From Myxococcota bacterium (lineage in GTDB: Bacteria > Myxococcota_A > SURF-8 > G963663525): a stretch of DNA of 64,000 bases. Position numbers and translations under genes: made by a program. Under the pieces are notes generated by a model. That model had not been told where the DNA came from and made no database searches. It saw nothing but the letters and a program-made list of their open reading frames with translations. Of this stretch, positions 60,296-64,000 are shown one piece after another. Each line of letters begins with the position of its first letter. Position 1 is the stretch's first letter. The stretch lies in the NCBI GenBank assembly GCA_963676915.2, contig CAXXVK010000068.1, positions 1 through 64,000 on the forward strand. The letters are read 5' to 3'.

Positions 60296-60347
60296 TACCC
60301 CGGAACATTCATGAAAAATCGAGAGTTTTCATGAATGTTCCGGGGTA
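60296..60347. repeat. Perfect 22-bp inverted repeat between convergent genes
   Basis: TACCCCGGAACATTCATGAAAA-ATCGAGAG-TTTTCATGAATGTTCCGGGGTA. Confidence 0.9.
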
Positions 60348-60354
60348 GCGGGTG

Positions 60355-62133
60355 TTAATCTGGCACTTTGGTCCACCGACCCATCCAATAAGCCGACATG
60401 AAGCTAACGGCGGGAAGCATCTGGCTTCCGTCTCCACCACCGTTGGGAGTGTAGGGACAGCTTCGCCAATAGTAGTTGCTCGTCGGTCGTATATCGATCG
60501 GTACAGGTTTGTCACAGATAATCGTTCCTTTTCTACCGACATCTCCAAGATACGTGACCTGAGTGCCATCGTTCAATGTACAATCACCGGATTCCTGTTC
60601 TTGTTCATCGCAGTTTTCCACATAGAAATCGTACAGGGGTGCTTCAGGAATCTTTGTCAAGGTTTCCGTTCCACGCGATAAAGCCCCCGAATCCGGTGCT
60701 ATTGTGGGTTCTGTAAATGCATTTCCCCCTGTTTTCGAGTAAGCATACACGTAGTCGAAGAAGCTCTGTTTTTGTTCGATTGGCTGTTGCATTACGGGAG
60801 AAGCGATCTCGGCAGGGGTGTCGTAGAGTTGAATTTCGATGGCCTGACGAATCGTATCGAGAGCATCGGCGTCGTTGATATAGCGTAAAGCAGCCCAGGC
60901 CGTTGTGAACGCCATGCTGTAGTTGGAGTAGTTCGTTTGTTCGAACATGTTGATGTAGATCATGTCTTCAAGAGCGATTTCAGGGAGTTTCCGCTTGTCG
61001 ATCAATTCATCGTAAAGGTAGGATTGGTCGTCCGGGTTTCCTGAAGCATAGGCGAAAGAGGCGACGATTCCCAGCGCCATAATTGCATGGAAACCATTCT
61101 TGAATTCGGCGGTGTAGAAGGCTCGTTCCACACAATGTTCATTGAGATACCCATGGTAAGTGGTGCGACCGTCTGCGTCGGGAAATTCCAGATCGTATCC
61201 CCAAGGTTCACGGATTTTACGAAATTCGACGATCACATTATGAGAATCATCACGGATGCGTTGCTTGAGGTCGTCGGAAAAATTGGGGTCGTTTTCGATG
61301 ACTTCCATGGATATCGCTGCTGCGACGGCCCAGCCACTCATCATGTCGCGACTGCAAGAATCTTCCCAGATGATATCCGGATGTTTGCCGGAGAAATCTT
61401 CACGCCACACGCCGTTGTTTTTTTCTTCCGGCAGGGGAGAGCCGTTTTCATCCGTCAGCGGAACGATTCTGGAGATATAATCCTGGCCATTTCCGGGGAA
61501 ATTCTTTGCGGCAAATCCACGCGCAACCACACCAGGGACTCCAGGGAGTTCGAATGCCAGGTGCAGGGCATCGAGAGATTTTTTGGCATGATCCAAGGCC
61601 ACTTCGATTTCTTCGCAATCCGCGCCCTGGTCACGCAGTACGGCGTAACGCATGAGATCGGATGCAATGCCCATGCCTCCGTAGAGACCTGCGACCTTTT
61701 CCCATCTATTGATGACATCCGTCACCTTCTTGCCTGCAAACTCTTCAAAATCCCAACCTTCCTGCTCCTGAATAAACTGGCGAATGAGTTCACGATCTTC
61801 ACTCGCTTCCGGGTCCACGAAGCAGTCCATGCTAATGTTCAGTGGATAGGCATTGAACGTGTGCCACTGCCGTTCATAGGCCATGATGCGGTCTTCCAAG
61901 TCCTGGTCGAAGCCTGTTTCTCCCGGACCGGGTAGCATGTATTTTCCACGGTATACGCCACTGCCGCATTCAGGAAACGTCTCATCGAGTTCGTTTTCCG
62001 ACTGTTCCGTCTGGTCCTCGTCACCGTTACTCGTACTGTCATCCGAGCTGCCACAACCCCACATGCAGTTCGCGAATAAAAACAATCCCGTAAAAAGAAA
62101 AAAATCCAATCGACGATGTTTGCCCAATCCCAT
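60355..62133 (-). CDS. Hypothetical lipoprotein, predicted mostly alpha-helical enzyme-like fold
   Basis: 592 aa; GGAGG RBS; lipobox CMWG-C followed by an acidic linker; motifs GVVARG, SRDMMSGW, Y.WRS.PY and AYWMGRW. Confidence 0.8.
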   Translation of the reverse strand: MGLGKHRRLDFFLFTGLFLFANCMWGCGSSDDSTSNGDEDQTEQSENELDETFPECGSGVYRGKYMLPGPGETGFDQDLEDRIMAYERQWHTFNAYPLNISMDCFVDPEASEDRELIRQFIQEQEGWDFEEFAGKKVTDVINRWEKVAGLYGGMGIASDLMRYAVLRDQGADCEEIEVALDHAKKSLDALHLAFELPGVPGVVARGFAAKNFPGNGQDYISRIVPLTDENGSPLPEEKNNGVWREDFSGKHPDIIWEDSCSRDMMSGWAVAAAISMEVIENDPNFSDDLKQRIRDDSHNVIVEFRKIREPWGYDLEFPDADGRTTYHGYLNEHCVERAFYTAEFKNGFHAIMALGIVASFAYASGNPDDQSYLYDELIDKRKLPEIALEDMIYINMFEQTNYSNYSMAFTTAWAALRYINDADALDTIRQAIEIQLYDTPAEIASPVMQQPIEQKQSFFDYVYAYSKTGGNAFTEPTIAPDSGALSRGTETLTKIPEAPLYDFYVENCDEQEQESGDCTLNDGTQVTYLGDVGRKGTIICDKPVPIDIRPTSNYYWRSCPYTPNGGGDGSQMLPAVSFMSAYWMGRWTKVPD

Positions 62134-62418
62134 GATGCCTCCTGATGTGAGCCAAAAAAAATTAGATCAGAAATGCAATGCAATTTTTCGAAGAATACTA
62201 TGGTTTGCGGAAGGTAAGCTAGGATTATGCGCTTTTTTCTACTATTTCAATCGATTAACTCACCTTTGGGGGTGGTCGGGATATAGTCGTTCTGTACTTT
62301 TGCGATAGAAAGCCGAAGCCAGGGGTTGCCAAGGGGTTACCTACGACTAGTCTATGACACCTACCCCAAATACTGTTTATTCGTATGGTTTGTGTTTATC
62401 CATCATTCTTTGAAGTGC

Positions 62419-62447
62419 TTGTATTATGAGAAAAATGATCATATAAT
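62419..62447 (+). promoter_or_regulatory. Sigma70 promoter of vapBC with an overlapping inverted repeat (putative autorepression operator)
   Basis: TTGTAT (62419-62424), 17 nt, TATAAT (62442-62447); a TATGA...TCATA inverted repeat spans the spacer. Confidence 0.6.
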
Positions 62448-62475
62448 AGACTTCTACTTGATGATGGAGGTAGTC

Positions 62476-62697
62476 ATGAGAACGACCATCAATGTGGATG
62501 AAGAAATCTTTCGGGACCTGATGAGCTTCACCAATGCCAAAACGAAAACAGAAGCCGTCAATCACGCTATAGTGGAATGGGTGCGGCGTAAGCGAATCGA
62601 CCGTTTCCGGGCCAGGCGCGGCAAAATCGCCTGGGAGGGAGATCTGACCGAAATGCGTGCCATGGAAGACGAGGAAAGCGAGATCACCCATGGCTGA
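62476..62697 (+). CDS. vapB: Type II TA antitoxin, VapB family (RHH-type)
   Basis: GGAGG RBS; MRTTINVDEE...KTKTEAVNHAI...WEGDLTEMR; overlaps the PIN gene start (ATGGCTGA). Confidence 0.88.
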   Translation: MRTTINVDEEIFRDLMSFTNAKTKTEAVNHAIVEWVRRKRIDRFRARRGKIAWEGDLTEMRAMEDEESEITHG

Positions 62698-63067
62698 CGT
62701 TCTTGTCGATACCTCGGTCTGGATCGATTTTTTTCGAAACGATAAGGGATCTGCGGGCGATAAACTGGACAGACTGTTAGCAGAAGATCGCGTATTACTG
62801 TGCGGAGTTATCGAGATGGAGATTTTCCAGGGCTTACGAAAAAATGAGTTGAAAGCCGTTCAATCCATTTTTCGCCTGATTCCATATGTCGATACCACTC
62901 GTGAAGATTTCATCGGAGCCGGAAAGCTTTGGCAGACTCTTCGCAAAAAAGGGAAGACCATCCCTTCCACGGATTGCTTGATCGCTGAGGTATGCCTAAA
63001 GCGAGATGTGTTTCTGTTTTCCCTTGATGCCCATTTCGATGAAATTCGTTCGCTGAAGCGAATTTAA
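62690..63067 (+). CDS. vapC: Type II TA toxin, VapC PIN-domain ribonuclease
   Basis: Acidic PIN residues in VLVDTSVWIDFF, EIFQG, STDCLIA and SLDAHF. Confidence 0.92.
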   Translation: MADVLVDTSVWIDFFRNDKGSAGDKLDRLLAEDRVLLCGVIEMEIFQGLRKNELKAVQSIFRLIPYVDTTREDFIGAGKLWQTLRKKGKTIPSTDCLIAEVCLKRDVFLFSLDAHFDEIRSLKRI

Positions 63068-63209
63068 ACGAACTTGATCGATAAGGGGGGGGATTTTTTG
63101 TAGGGATACATCCTATTCCTGTTTCTTGCATTTTCGGTGCAATAATTGGCAGGATTCATCATTGAAAACAGATAATGTTGTGATTCTAAATAGTTACACG
63201 AAATATGAT

Positions 63210-63265
63210 GGGGCAGGATTGTATCCTGCCCCCAAACGTTTCGGTTCAGGTTGAAAACCTGAACC
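63210..63265. repeat. Pair of REP-like 10-bp hairpins
   Basis: GGGGCAGGAT-TGT-ATCCTGCCCC (63210-63232) and GGTTCAGGTT-GAA-AACCTGAACC (63243-63265). Confidence 0.7.
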
Positions 63266-63304
63266 AACGGATTTCGTGCGAGAAGTGCCATTCTTCCATT
63301 CTCG

Positions 63305-64000
63305 TCAGAATTTTCCTTCGAAGGTTTTCGCCGCGACTTCACCAATGGTCGTTGGCGAAAGCGCCGTAGGAACGCCACATTCGTTGAAGGTCGCGATTTT
63401 CTCTTTGGCGCTGCCGCCTTTTCCGGCGACGATGGCCCCGGCGTGTCCCATGCGTTTGCCCGGAGGTGCGTTTACACCTGTGACGTAAGCGACGAGCGGT
63501 TTCGTCATATGGTCACGGAAATAATACGCCGCTCGCTGTTCGGCGTCGCCGCCGATCTCGCCGATCAGCACCACGCCTTTCGTTTCGGGATCGTTCTCGA
63601 ATTCTTCCAGAACGTCGATAAAGCCCATGCCCACCACCGGATCACCGCCGATACCCAGGCATGTCGAAGGGTAATAGCCGTTGGCGGCCAATTGAGCCAC
63701 CGTTTCATAGGTCAGCGTTCCCGAACGGGAAATCACGCCTACGTTGCCCGGCTGGAAAATCGCCGGTGGTAGAATCCCCACACGAACTTTTGCCGCTGGG
63801 GAAATCACGCCGGGACAGTTGGGACCTACGAGGCGCGTATTGTTTCCAAGAGCTTTGATTGCCTGCTTGGTCTTGACCATATCCGCCGGGGGGATGCCCT
63901 CGGTAATCGTGACAACCAGTTCGACACCTGCCGCCGCCGCTTCGGTGATGGCATCCGCCGCCGCAGGAGGTGGAACGAAAACCACCGAGACGTTTCCGCC
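63305..64000 (-). CDS. sucD: Succinyl-CoA synthetase alpha subunit, 5'-truncated by the window edge
   Basis: Frame open to base 64000; motifs [38 protein letters not shown] and GKRMGHAGA (phospho-His). Confidence 0.96.
   Translation of the reverse strand, partial: GGNVSVVFVPPPAAADAITEAAAAGVELVVTITEGIPPADMVKTKQAIKALGNNTRLVGPNCPGVISPAAKVRVGILPPAIFQPGNVGVISRSGTLTYETVAQLAANGYYPSTCLGIGGDPVVGMGFIDVLEEFENDPETKGVVLIGEIGGDAEQRAAYYFRDHMTKPLVAYVTGVNAPPGKRMGHAGAIVAGKGGSAKEKIATFNECGVPTALSPTTIGEVAAKTFEGKF

Overview
Bacterial chromosomal window, probably from a Myxococcota or related deltaproteobacterial lineage. The evidence for that is a MYXO-CTERM-like sorting tail, Dictyostelium-type CTDC Cys repeats and MopE-like metal-binding motifs. 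I found no rRNA, tRNA, CRISPR array or transposase. The dominant feature is a two-gene minus-strand operon. The first gene encodes a secreted TPR + tandem CsgG/HfaB(FlgO)-like protein with a C-terminal hydrophobic/Phe tail (25778-28012). It is followed 60 bp later by a 22.4-kb gene for a 7,482-aa Cys/Asp-rich lipoprotein (3269-25717). The giant protein has a recently expanded 255-bp tandem-repeat stalk next to its lipid anchor. Its distal part is an older array of 13 divergent beta-sandwich domains and 3 C-type-lectin-like modules with Tyr/Ser/Asn-rich loops, so the pair is a candidate uncharacterised giant surface-adhesin display system. Housekeeping genes are a partial adenosine deaminase, gdhA, tkt, metY-metX-hom and a partial sucD. 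Other genes include an ABC1/UbiB kinase, a CRR6-like coiled-coil protein, a GH13 enzyme, three PAS-rich histidine kinases, a sulfatase-like protein, a TPR protein, a DUF4091/GH123-like MYXO-CTERM protein, several lipoproteins and a vapBC pair. Two genes (an MMPL/RND transporter and a SAM methyltransferase) are split by single frameshifts. Several REP/REPIN-like palindromes lie between convergent genes. All domain calls come from motif recognition by eye; no database searches were run.
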